This document shows, piece by piece, positions 24,070 through 36,084 of a stretch of DNA of 64,000 nucleotides. The stretch comes from Octopus sinensis (taxonomy: Eukaryota). The stretch covers positions 21,142,001 through 21,206,000 of the forward strand of contig NC_043003.1 in the NCBI RefSeq assembly GCF_006345805.1, written 5' to 3'. The notes below the pieces were generated by a model that was not told the origin of the DNA, ran no database searches, and saw nothing but the letters and a program-made list of their open reading frames with translations. Every line of letters begins with the position of its first letter. The first letter of the stretch is position 1. The position numbers and the translations under genes were made by a program.

Positions 24070-27000
24070 GGAGTGAGATCTAAGCAAGGAGTGAGAGCTA
24101 GGCAAGGAGTGAGAGCTAGGCAAGTAGTGGGAGCTAGGCAAGGAGTGAGAGCTAGGCAAGGAGTGAGAGCTAGGCAAGGAGTGAGAGCTAGGCAAGGAGT
24201 AAGAGCTAGCAAGGAGTGAGAGCTAGGCAAGGGTGAGAGCTAGGCAAGGAGTGAGAGCTATGCAAGGAGTGAGAGGCTAGGCAAGGTAAGTGACAGCTAG
24301 GCAAGGGAGTGAGGAAGTAAGCAAGGAGTGAGAGCTAGGCAAGTAGTGGGAGCTAGGCAAGGAGTGAGGCTAAGGCAAGGAGTAGTGGAGAGCTAGGCAA
24401 GTAGTGAGAGCTAGGCAAGAGTGAGAGCTAGGCAAGGAGTGAGAGCTAGGCAAGGAGTGAGAGCTAGGCAAGGAGTGAGAGCTAGGCAAGGAGCTTTGAG
24501 AGCTAGGCAAGGTCTGAGAGCTAGGGGCAAGGAGTGAGGAGAGCGAGAGGCAAGGAGTGAGTGACGAGAGAGCTAGGCAAGGAGTGAGAGCTAGGCAAGG
24601 AGTGAGAGGCTAGGCAAGGAGTGGAGAGCTAGGCAAGGAGTGAGAATAGGCACAGGAGTGAGAGCTAGGCAAGAGTGAGAGCTAAGCAAGGAGTGAGAGC
24701 TAGCAAGGAGTGAGAGCTAGGCAAGGAGTGAGAGCTCAAGCCAAGGAGTGAGAGCTAGGCAAGGAGTGAGAGTAGGAAGAGTGAGAGCTAGGCAAGGAAG
24801 TGAGAGCTAGGCAAGAAGAGAAGTGAGAGCTAGGCAAGGTTGTGAGAGCTAGGCAGGAGTGAGAGCTGGCAAGGATGAGAGCTATGCAAGGTGTGAGAGC
24901 TAGGCAAGGAGTGAGAGCTAGGCAAGGAGTGAGAGCTAAGCAAGGAGTGAGAGCTAAGCAAGGAGTGAGAGCTAGGCAAGGAGTGAGAGCTAGGCAAGGA
25001 GTGAGAGCTAGGCAAGGAGTGAGAGCTAGGCAAGGAGTGAGAACTAGGCACGGAGTGAGAGCTAGGCAAGGAGTGACAGCTAGGCACGAAGTGAGAGCTA
25101 GGCAAGGTGTGAGAGCTAGGCAAGGAGTGAGAGCTAGGCAAGGAGTGAGAGCTAGGCAAGGAGTGAGAGCTAGGCAAGGAGTGAGAACTAGGCAAGGAGT
25201 GAGAGCTAGGCAAGGAGTGAGAGCTAAGCAAGGAGTGAGAGCTAGGCAAGGAATGAGAGCTATGCAAGGTGTGAGAGCTAGGCAAGGAGTGAGAGCTAGG
25301 CACGGAGTGAGAGCTAAGCAAGGAGTGAGAGCTAGGCAAGGAGTGAGAGCTAAGCAAGGAGTGAGAGCTAGGCAAGGAATGAGAGCTAGGCAAGGAGTGA
25401 CAGCTAGGCAAGGAGTGAGAGCTAGGCAAGGAGTGAGAACTAGGCACGGAGTGTGAGCTAGGCAGGAGTGAGAGCTAGGCAAGAAGTGAGAGCTAGGCAA
25501 GGTGTGAGAGCTAGGCGGGAGTGAGAGCTAGGCAAGGAGTGAGAGCTAGGCAAGGAGTGAGAGCTAGGCACGGAGTGAGAACTAGGCAAGGAGTGTGAGA
25601 GCTAGGCAAGGAGCAAAGTGAGAGTAGCCAAGGAGTGAGAGCTAGGCAAGGAATGAGAGCTATGTAAGGTGTGAGAGCTAGGCAAGGAGTGAGAGCTAGG
25701 CAAGGAATGAGAGCTATGCAAGGTGTGAGAGCTAGGCAAGGAGTGAGAGCTAGGCAAGGAGTGAGAGCTAAGCAAGGAGTGAGAGCTAGGCAAGGAGTGA
25801 GAGCTAGGCAAGGAGTGAGAGCTAGGCAAGGAGTGAGAGTAAGCCAAGGAGTGAGAGCTAGGCAAGGAAGCTAGGCAAAATGAGAGCTATGCAAGGGTGA
25901 GAGCTAGGCAAGAGTGAGAGCTAGGCAAGGAGTGAGAGCTAGGCAAGGATGTGAGAGCTAGGCAAGGAGTGAGAGCTAAGGCAAGGGGTGAGAGCTAGCA
26001 AGGAAATTGAGAGCTATGCAAGGTGTGAGAGCTAGGCAAGGAGTGAGAGCTAGGCAAGGAGTGAGAGCTAAGCAAGGATGAGAGGCTAGAGCTAAGCAAG
26101 GAGTGAGAGCTAGGCAAGGAGTGAGAGCTAGGCAAGGAGTGAGAGGAGCTAGGCACAAGGATGAGAGCTAGGCAAGGAGTGAGAGCTAGGCAAGGAGTGA
26201 GAGCTAGGCAAGGAGTGAGAGCTAGGCAAGGAGTGAGAGCTAGGCAAGGTGTGAGAGCTAGGCAGGAGTGAGAGCTAGGCAAGGAGTGAGAGCTAGGCAA
26301 GGAGTGAGAGCTAGGCAAGGAGTGAGAACTAGGCAAGGAGTGAGAGCTAGGCAAGGAGTGAGAGCTAAGCAGAGGAGTGAGAGCTAGGCAGGGAATGAGA
26401 GGCTATGCAAGGTGTGAGAGCTAAGAGGCAAGGAGTGAGAGTAGGCAAGGAGTGAGAGCTAAGCAAGGAGTGAGAGCTAGGCAAGGAGTGAGAGCTAGGC
26501 AAGGAGGAGGACAGAGTGAGGCCGGAGGTGAGAGCTAGGCAAGGAGTGATAACTAGGCCACGGAGTGTGATTAGCTGCAAGGAGAGAGTGAAGCTAAGCC
26601 TATAGTGAGAGCTAGGCAAGGTGTAGGTGTGAGAGCTAGGCAAGGAGTGAGAGCTAGGCAAGGAGTGAGAGCTAGGAAGGAGGGTGAGAGCTAGGCAAGG
26701 AGTGAGAAACTAGGCAGAGTGAGAGCTAGGCAAGGAGTGGAGAGCTAAGCAAGGAGTGGAGAGCTAGGCAAGGAATGAGAGGCTATGTAAGGTGTGAGAG
26801 CTAGGCAAGGAGTGAGAGCTAGGCAAGGAGTGAGAGCTAGGCAAGGAATGAGAGTATGGCAAGGGTGTGAGAGATAGGCAAGGAGTGAGAGCTAGGCAAG
26901 GAGTGAGAGCTAAGCAAGGAGTGAGAGCTAGGCAAGGAGTGAGAGCTAAGAGCATAAGGTTAGTGATAGCTAAGCAAGGGAGTGAGTGAGAGCTAGGCAA

Positions 27001-30000
27001 AGGAGTGAGAGGAGAGCTAGGCAAGGAGTGAGAGCTAGGGGCAAGGAGTGAGAGCTAAGCCAAGGAGTGAGAGCTAGGCAAGGAGTGAGAGCTAAGCAAG
27101 GAGTGAGAGCTAGGCAAGGAATGAGAGCTAGGCAAGGTAGGCTTTGTGAGAGCTAGGCAAGGAGTGAGAGCTAGGCAAGGAGTGAGAGCTAAGCAAGGGG
27201 GAGTGAGAGCTAGGCAAGAATGGAGTATGCAAGGAGTGAGAGCTAGGCAAGGAGTGAGAGCTAGGCAAGGAGTGAGAGCTAGGCAAGAAGTGTGAGAGCT
27301 AAGCAAGGAGTGAGAGCTAAGCAAGGAGTGAGAGCTAGCAAGGAGTGAGAGCTAGGCAAGGAGTGAGAGCTAGGCAAGGAGTCGAGCAAGTAAGCAAGGA
27401 GTGTGAGAGCTAGGCAAGAAGTGAGAGCTAGGCAAGGAGGAGAGCTAAGCAAGGAGTGAGAGCTAGGCAAGGAGTGAGAGAGCTAGGCAAGGAGTGAGAG
27501 CTAGCAAGGAGTGAGAGCTACAGCAGGAGTGAGAGCTAGGCAAGGAGTGAGAGCTAAGCAAGGAGTGAGAAGCTAGGCAAGGAGAATAGGAGCTAGGCAA
27601 GGTGTGAGAGCTAGGGCAAGGAGTGAGAGCTAGGAGAAGGAGTGAGAGCTAGGCAGGGGTGAGAGCTAGGCAAGACTGAGAAGCTATGCAAGGTGTTGAG
27701 AGCTAGGCAGGAGTGAGAGCTAAGGAGAGCAAGGGATTGAGAGCTAGGCAAGGAGTGAGAGCTAGGCAAGCGAATGTAAAGCTAGGCAAGGATGAGAGCT
27801 AGGCAAGGAGTGAGAGCTAGGCAAGGAGTGAGAGCTAGGCAAGGAGTGGAGCGCGGCAAGGAGTGAGAGGCTAGGCCAAGGAGTGAGAGCTAGGCAAGGG
27901 AGGCGGAGAGTAGGCCAAGAGCTAGGCAAGGAGTGAGAGCTAGGCAAGGTGTGAGAGCTAGGCAAGGAGTGAGAGCTAGGCAAGTTCTGAGAACTAGGCA
28001 AGGAGTGAGAGAGAGGGCAAGGAGTGAGAGCTAGGCAAGGAGTGAGATCTAGGCAAGGAGTGAAAGATAGGCAAGGAGTGAGCGCTAGGCAAGGTGTGAG
28101 AGATAGGCAAGGAGTGAGAGCTAGGCAAGGAGTGAGAGCTAGGCAAGGAGTGAGAGCTAGGCAAGGAGTGAGAGCTAGGCAAGGAGTGAGAGCTAGGCAA
28201 GGAGTGAGAGCTAGGCAAGGAGTGAGAGCTAGGCAAGGTGTGAGAGCTAGGCAAGGAGTGAGAGCTAGGCAAGGTGTGAGAACTAGGCAAGGAGTGAGAG
28301 CTAGGCAAGGAGTGAGAGCGACGCAAGGAGTGAGAGCTAGGCAAGGAGTGAGAGATAGGCAAGGAGTGAGCGCTAGGCAAGGTGTGAGAGATAGGCAAGG
28401 GGTGAGAGCTAGGCAAGGAGTGAGAGCTAGGCAAGGTGTGAGAACTAGGCAATGAGTGAGAGCTAGGCAAGGAGTGAGCGCTAGGCAAAGTGTGAGAGAT
28501 AGGCAAGGAGTGAGAGCTAGGCAAGGAGTGTGAGCTAGGCAAGGAGTGAGAGCTAGGCAAGGTGTGAGAGCTAGGCAAGGAGTGAGAGCTAGGCAAGGAG
28601 TGTGAGCTAGGCAAGGAGTGAGAGCTAGGCAAGGTGTGAGAACTAGGCAAGGAGTGAGAGCTAGGCAAGGAGTGAGAGCTAGGCAAGGCGTGAGAGCTAG
28701 ACAAGGAGTGAGAGCTAGGCAAGGAGTGAGAGCTAGGCAAGGAGTGAGAGCTAGGCAAGGAGTGAGAGCTAGGCAAGGAGTGAGAGCTAGGCAAGGAGTG
28801 AGAGCTAGACAAGGAGTAAGAGCTAGGCAAGGAGTGAGAGCTAGGCAAGGAGTGAGAACTAGGCAAGTAGTGAGAGCTAGGCAAGGAGTGAGAGCTAGGC
28901 AAGGAGTGAGAGATAGGCAAGGAGTGAGAGCTAGACAAGGAGTGAGAGCTAGGCAAGGAGTGAGAGCTAGGCAAGGAGTGAGAACTAGGCAAGGAGTGAG
29001 AGCTAGGCAAGGAGTGAGAGCTAATCAAGGAGTGAGATAGGCAAGGTGTGAGAGCTAGGCAAGGAGTGACAGCTAGGCAAGGAGTGAGAGCTAGGCAAGG
29101 AGTGAGAGCTAGGCAAGGAGTGAGAGCTAAGCAAGGAGTGAGACCTAGGCAAGGTGTGAGAGCTAGGCAAGGAGTGAGAGCTAGGCAAGGAGTGAGAGCT
29201 AGGCAAGGAGTGAGGGCTAGGCAAGGAGTGAGAGCTAGGCAAGGTGTGAGAGCTAGGCAAGGAGTGAGAGCTAGGCAAGGTGTGAGAACTAGGCAAGGAG
29301 TGAGAGCTAGGCAAGGTGTGAGAGCTAGGCAAGGAGTGAGAGCTAGGCAAGGTGTGAGAGCTAGGCAAGGAGTGAGAGCTAGGCAAGGTGTGAGAACTAG
29401 GCAAGGAGTGAGAGCTATGCAAGGTGTGAGACCTAGGCAAGGTGTGAGAGCTAGGCAAGGAGTGAGAGCTAGGCAAGGTGTGAGAACTAGGCAAGGAGTG
29501 AGAGCTATGCAAGGTGTGAGAGCTAGGCAAGGAGTGAGAGCTAGGCAAGGAGTGAGAGCTAGGCAAGGAGTGAGAGCTATGCAAGGTGTGAGAGCTAGCC
29601 AAGGAGTGAGCGCTAGGCAAGGAGTGAGAGATAGGCAAGGAGTGAGAGCTAGGCAAGGAGTGAGAGCTAGGCAAGGAGTGAGAGCTAGGCAAGGAGTGAG
29701 AGCTAGGCAAGGAGTGAGAGCTAGGCAAGGAGTGAGAGCTAGGCAATGTGTGAGAGCTAGGCCAGGAGTGAGAGCTAGGCAAGGAGTGAGAGCTAGGCAA
29801 GGAGTGAGAGCTAGGCAAGGAGTGAGAGCTAGGCAAGGAGTGAGAGCTAGGCAAGGAGTGAGAGTTAGGCAAAGAGTGAAAGCTAGGCAAGGTGTGAGAG
29901 CTAGGCAAGGAGTGAGAGCTAGGCAAGGAGTGAAAGCTAGGCAAGGAGTGAGAGCTAGGCAAGGAGTGAGAGCTAGGCAAGGAGTGAGAGCTAGGCAAGG

Positions 30001-30016
30001 AGTGAGAGCTAGGCAA
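24070..30016 (+). repeat. 18-bp tandem satellite (GCTAGGCAAGGAGTGAGA)n, ~5.95 kb, ~330 units
   Basis: Unit read directly throughout; contains substitution variants and indel-rich sub-blocks. Confidence 0.98.
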
Positions 30017-30041
30017 GTAAGTAACTTGAGTTGTAAGTAAC

Positions 30042-30585
30042 TTGAGAGAAAAGTTGGACCTAAGAAGCATCAAATGTGGTGTGCAAGAGAGACGACTGCG
30101 CTGGTATGATCATGAGGCAAAATGGATGAGGATTGCTGTGGGAAAAAGTTCCACACCCTAGCGGTTGAGGGAACCTGTGGAAGAGGTAGACCCAGGAAGA
30201 CCTGGGATGAGGTGGTGAAGCACAACCTTTGAACATTAGGCCTCACCAAGGCACTCACTAGTAACCAAGACCTTTGGAAGTATGCTGTGCATGAGAAGAA
30301 CCGGCAAGCCAAGTGAGACCATAACCCGTGGCCTATGCCAGGGGTGTAACCAGCCCACTTATGCGTACCTTTCCTTCAATGGACACTAAACCCTGCTCGC
30401 GAAGACCTGTTGAGGGAAGTGAAATCAAAATCAAATTAAATTTGATGACTGGTACCCATGCCAGTGGAGCACTAAGAGCACCATCCGAGCATTAATATTG
30501 CCAGAGCAACTGACTGGCTTCCGTGCCGGTGGCACATGAAAAATCATTCAAGCGAGGTCGTTGCCAGTGCTGCTGGACTGGCTCC
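30042..30585 (+). mobile_element. 5'-truncated RTE LINE: RT C-terminus plus 3' UTR
   Basis: LREKLDLRSIKCGVQERRLRWYDH...VEGTCGRGRPRKTWDEVVKHNL*TLGLT...LWKYAVHEK (RLRWxGH / GRGRPRKTW motif). The UTR contains the ggtggcac..aaaa units seen in the short tail copies. Confidence 0.88.
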
Positions 30586-31447
30586 TGCGATGTTGGGGGG
30601 ACAAACACAGACACACAAACATACTCACACACATACATACATATATATACATACATGCAACGGGCTTCTTTCAGTTTCCATCTACCAAATCCACTCACAA
30701 GGCTTTGGTCGGCCCGAAGCTATAGAAGACACTTGCCCAAGGTGTCACGCAGTGGGACTGAATCCGGAACCATGTGGTTCATAAGCAAGCTACTTACCAC
30801 ACAGCACTCCAATGCCTATCAAATAAAAAGGATTAAATCTGCCTTTTACATGCCACCGGCTCAGGAGCCAGTGAGGGGCACATATATATAAATGTGTGTG
30901 TGTACTTTTTTATATATATATATATATATAATATATATATTATATACATGTGTATGTGTGTGTGTGTGTGTGTGTGTTGTGTGTGTGTTTGTGTTTGCGT
31001 GTGTATATAAGAGACTTCCATACACTTTCCCCCCTCTATCAAATTTACCCATGAAATTGTTCAACCAGGTATTATAGTAGATGATGCTTCTCTAAGTTAC
31101 TGCACTGGACCCAAAAGGGAACTTCTTCACCGCCCAGCAATGCCTGCACCTAAGATAATGCTATTTAGAATCAGAAATCTCCCAGCAATTCTTTTGACAT
31201 AAGTATATCCTTTCGTTTATTCTTTTTCCTGTTTCAGTCATCAGACTGTGACCATGCTGGAGCACTGCTTTGACCTTTTAGATGAATGAATCGACCCCGG
31301 TGCTTATTTTGTAAAGCCTGGTATTTATCCTATTTGGTGTCTTTTTGCTGAGCCGCTAAGTTGTGGAGACATAGACACACCAGCACCAGTCATCAAGCAG
31401 TGGTGAGGGGACAAACATAGGCACAAAGACACACACACATAGATATA

Positions 31448-31671
31448 CAGGGTTGGCCAAAAGTCACCTGACAGTAAATCAAAAGCATTTAATTCCAAGA
31501 TTTATTTATGTTTAACAACTGAATGGATTTAATAAAAGCATCTAAATATGAAACATCATGAAAATTGTTCAAACTGAAGTCCTTCTTGAGCGACACATTT
31601 TTCCAAATGAATAAATGAAATTGAATATCAAGTATTTTGATTGGCTGTCAAGTGACTTTTGACCAACGCTG
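31448..31671. mobile_element. Tc1/mariner MITE with TA TSD
   Basis: ta|cagggttggccaaaagtcacctgacag ... ctgtcaagtgacttttgaccaacgctg|ta; 27-bp TIRs; inserted in the internal microsatellite region of a SINE. Confidence 0.85.
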
Positions 31672-32817
31672 TATATACACATGCATATACAATAGGCTTC
31701 TTTCAGTTTCCGTTGACCAGATCCACTCACAAAGCTTTGGTCGACCTGAGGCTATAGTAGAAGACACAAGGTGCCACACAGAGGGACTGAATCCATAACC
31801 ATGTGGTTGGGATCTTTTATCTTTTACTTGTTTCAGTTATTTGATTGTAGCCATGTGGGGCCACCTTCTCAAAAGGTTTTAATTGAACGAATCAACCCCA
31901 ATGCTTAATTTTTCAAAAACTGATAGTTATTCTAATGGTTCTTTTGCTGAGCCACTAAGAAGGACTTACAACAAATCAACATCGGCACACACACACACAC
32001 ACGCACGCATGCACACACACACAGAGCATCTAGGGATGCTGAGTATGGAAATGAGCATTGTGATCCAGGTTTTCTAACCTCAAAGGAACCTTCCATTTAC
32101 TAAATATATACACCTTAGGATCTCCTATATGACGCCTTAAGAAACTTCAATCAATTAAGGTTATTCAAGCAATTAGGAGACAGAATGTCCCTTTACGTGT
32201 GTTTAAAAATACAAGAAGCCTGTAGGATCAGGTGGTCAACATTTCTGGACAATATACACAATATGCTTTGGAATGGATGTTATCTTTAAGACCACGCACG
32301 TTTCTGCTTCGTTTAGATCTTCTCTGCCAACCGTATTCTGTGTAATTCATAAGATGACAAAAAATGTCAATGCGCGACCGCATCAAGTAGACAGGAAACT
32401 TTTACGTTTTGGGGAATTGGAAGTGCATAAGTACCTATGAGGTATATGTGTGATGAGAAATATAATGAATCTTTAATTTTACGAATTCCAAAACATGCAA
32501 CTTCGTTATCTCTCTTTCCTTTTCAGCAACGCGTAATGTTTCAGAAAAATTTTCCTATTATGGGGAATAACTGTATGGAATAACCACGAGGATAATAAAC
32601 TTTTCTGTGATAACATTTTGTAATACAAGTTAATGTTTATTTTAACATCCGGTCACCAAAAAAAAAAAAGTGTAATAGGTGTAAAAAAAATGTGTATTAA
32701 ACGAATATGAAAGCAAAACTTTGCGCCAATGAACTGGGGCGGAGAGAGGACTTTCGGAAATTTCACAAGATCCGATTTTTCTTTCATAACTTTGAGGAAA
32801 ATGGATCTTTTAATGAA

Positions 32818-33211
32818 ACTAGCAGTATCGCCCAGAGTTGCTCGGGTTTGTTTCGACCCTTTAGAATTGGAATTTTTGAAAAGTAAAAATTTTGCATTAT
32901 GTAGCTTGTTATTCTCTTTAAGTGAACATTTTTCTGGTTGAAATACACTGAAAAATGGCGACACAGCAGTCAAAGATCGTAAAAAATGGGGATTTTCATA
33001 GAAAAAAAGCACTTTTTTCTATGTAAATAATTTTTGGTGTTAACATGATCTGATTTGAATTTTTTCTTCTACGGAATGAAGAGCAAGCCTTCTTCTATCA
33101 TGCTCTCAATTTTGGTCAACTTGCGCCGCAGGGTCTCGGAGGAGATAGTGTTAGTTGAAGGCTACCAAACCTGCCATACACAGATAAATTCAGCTTTATA
33201 TAGAGAGAGAT
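32818..33211 (-). mobile_element. Non-autonomous Helitron-like element
   Basis: Minus strand runs atctctctctatataaagctg ... cccgagcaactctgggcgatactgCTAGT; same subfamily as 38509-38887, in the opposite orientation. Confidence 0.75.
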
Positions 33212-33329
33212 TTGGTGCTAGTGTAGAATGCGCTCTACCACGTTGTCAAACAGTTCAGTTAATGAAGGAAACCAATCTTTCCATTATACGGATATGAACA
33301 ATTAATTATGCAAGCTGAGCCTGAGTGAG

Positions 33330-33900
33330 ATTTTAGAACTAATATTTTTCTTTTTGTCATGGATATACTTATGACTACAGCAGTGACTCTAACAGGAAAA
33401 TCTAAAAATACAATAACTGACTGGTACAATATATGCCGCGAGGTGTGTGGAACCTTAGTTTATCATGAACGGAGAGGGAAGATGGTTGGAACAAACGATA
33501 ACCCCATTCAGATCGACGAAGCAAGATTTCCTGGTCGACGAAAATACAATTGAGGAAGATTTCTGAATGGCGACAACGCTCCTCTCTTCGAAGACAGTGG
33601 TGCAGAGCAACGAAACGAAAGGAACCATGGATGTAGAATTGATCAGTCATGGGATTTTGGTCTCAAACAAGGGTCAGATTGTCGATGCTTTTATGTTGAA
33701 CGGCGTAACAGGAACAGTCTGATCTCAATTATTGAAAGAGAATGTGAAAAAGGTTCACTAATTCATTCAGATGAGTGGCTGGCTTATAATAATTTAAATG
33801 CCATAGGTTATCACCATCTGACAGTGAACCATCAACAATATTTTGTGGATTCAGTGAACGGAACGCACACTCAGGTCATTAAGTGATCACAGAAGCTAAA
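33330..33900 (+). mobile_element. Merlin (IS1016/ISXO2-like) transposase relic
   Basis: TDWYNICREVC...IQIDEARFPGRRKYN*GR...SWDFGLKQ...FYVERRNRNSLISIIERECEKGSLIHSDEWLAYNNLNAIGYHHLTVNHQQYFVD...HTQVIK, with stops. Matches the DDE_Tnp_IS1595/Merlin pattern (IDE, SDEW.AY, H.TVNH). Confidence 0.85.
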
Positions 33901-34089
33901 TCTATGATTTTGAAAAAAAATGATCTCTGAAATATCTGAAGTTTTTTAATCTCTGAAATATCTTAAATGTTTTATATCTGAAATATCTGAAAGGTCGGAT
34001 AGATAACCCTGTTTGACACCGTGGTAGACCATATACTATACTAGCACCTGAAATTTTATATAAATACCTTTCAAACGGCATAGATTACG

Positions 34090-34870
34090 ATTATAAAGAA
34101 AGTTCACACGATCCGATTTTTTCCCACAAAACTTTTAGGAAAATTAATATCTTTCAATGAAATTTTATATAAACACCTTTCAAACAGCATAGATTACGAT
34201 CATAAAGAAATTTGAGGAAACATTTTTCCGAGGGAGAGGACTTTCGAAGAGAAATAAATTCATAGATTATTTCTTTGCATGACTATAAGGAAAAAAAGTT
34301 TGAAAAGAAAATTTTAGATTCATTTATTTTTCGTTCGAGTAATAGAAAAAGGTGTTAAAAAAGATCCCAACGGTAGCGATGTGCTAAAAACAACAGCTAA
34401 ATCGCGCTTAACTTTTTCTTCATTGTGAAACCATATTCAACACCGTATTTATGAATTTGTTTGTCTCACCATGATACATGGGATCTTTTATAAAACCCTT
34501 TTCTATTACTCAAATGAAAAATAAATAAATCTTAAAATTTTTTTTCCAAACTTACTTTCATTACACTCAAGTAAAAAAAAAAACTTACGAATTTCTTTCT
34601 CATCGAAAATCCCCTCCCTACCGCCTCGGAAAAATTTTCCCCAGAAATTTCTTTATGATCGTATTCTATTTTTTGTTTCAAAGGTATTTATATAAAATTT
34701 CATTAAAAGACATCCATTTTTCTAAAAGTTATGAGGGGAAAAACATCAGGTATTGTGAATTTTCCAAAAGTCCTCTCCTTCCCCACCCCCGGTTCGTTGG
34801 CACAAATTTTTTTCATATTCGTTTAATACACATTTTTTTACACTTCTTACTCTTTTTTTTTTTTTTGAAG
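34090..34870. repeat. Imperfect inverted-repeat complex
   Basis: 34090-34250 pairs with 34620-34770, and 32660-32815 pairs with 34690-34870 (e.g. aaaatgtgtattaaacgaatatga / tcatattcgtttaatacacattt). Confidence 0.6.
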
Positions 34871-35866
34871 CCAGGTGTTAAAGTGAATATTAACCATACT
34901 ATACACTGTTTAGGCTGCAAGTTGAGAGAAACGTTATCGTGCCGGACAACATGTAACGCCGCCTTTTTTTTTTTTTTTTTGGCTTTACAATTTGAGTTCA
35001 AATTCCATTGGGATCACCAATTTTTTTTTTTTTTTTTTTTACTTGAAATTCCGATATAATCGTAATCTACACCACCTGAAAGATATTTGTAGGAAATTTT
35101 ATTAAAAATATATCTCTGAAAGTTAGGAGTGACTGTGTGGTAAGTAGCTTGCTTACGAACCACATGGTTCTGGGTTCAGTCCCACTGCGTGGCACCTTGG
35201 GCAAGTGTCTTCTACTATAGCCTTGGGCTGACCAAAGCCTTGTGAGTGGATTTGGTAGACGGAAACTGAAAGAAGCCCGTCGTATATGTTTGTGTGTCTG
35301 TGTTTGTCCCCCCCCCCCCCAACATCGCTTGGCAACCGATGCTGGTGCGTTTACGTCCCCGTAACTTAGCGGTTTGGCAAGAGAGACCGATAGACTAAGT
35401 ACTAGGCTTACAAAGAATAAGTCCTGGGGTCGACTAAAGGCGGTGCTCCAGCATGGCCACAGTCAAATGACTGAAACAAATAAAAAAAGTTAAAGAGTAA
35501 ACAAAATAGAAGGAGGGTGTACTTGATTAAGTACGCCCAGAATTAAATAAACATTCTTCTGACCATATTTGTAGCAATAATACAACTACCACAGTGTTTT
35601 AAATGAAAATTTGATTACAAACATTTCCGTGTCATATTTGCAACAATAAATTGCAATGCCTTGATGCATAGATTTACAAACGGAATCCATAAATAACACA
35701 TTTCTCTATTAATACGAATATTGGTTTGCAGCAGGATTCTATATTATTGATTTCTAATTTTGGCACAAGGCCAGCAATTTCAGGGAAGAGGGCTAGTTGA
35801 TTACATCGACTCCAGTACTCAACTGGTACTTACTTTATCGACGCCGAAATAATGAAAGGCAAAGTC

Positions 35867-36084
35867 CGTACTACTTAAGAAGAGTGGTGCCGGTGTGCGC
35901 GCTCGCGTACTCGCGCATCCGCGCTAGCTAGTCGTGACTAGTCAATCCTACAATGACTACCTAGCAAAGTAAATAAAACACAAAATAAATAATTTTTTTT
36001 AAAACAAAGTAAATAAAACACAAAATAAGGATCGACTAGCTAACGCGAGTGCGCGCACCGGGACCACTCTTCTTAAGTAGTACC
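35867..36084. mobile_element. CpG-rich MITE with ~41-bp TIRs and 9-bp TSD (Merlin- or Mutator-like), inserted in a SINE
   Basis: TIRs cgtactacttaagaagagtggtgccggtg... / ...caccgggaccactcttcttaagtagtacc. TSD ggcaaagtc (35858-35866) / gacaaagtc (36085-36093) duplicates the host SINE sequence. Confidence 0.85.

Noticed and set aside
24070-24110. Satellite unit (taggcaaggagtg) resembles the SINE 5' start (taggcgcaggagtgg)
   Set aside because: The match is only ~11-12 bp in purine-rich sequence and no SINE borders the array, so it cannot be distinguished from chance.
24070-30016. Possible CRISPR-like array
   Set aside because: Units are contiguous with no unique spacers, the context is eukaryotic and there are no cas genes.
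24736-30073. Long ORFs of (RARQGV)n, (PSSHSL)n and (LALTPC)n, up to 350 aa
   Set aside because: An 18-bp unit lacking stops in three of six frames produces these automatically. There are no splice signals, unique domains or flanking coding context.
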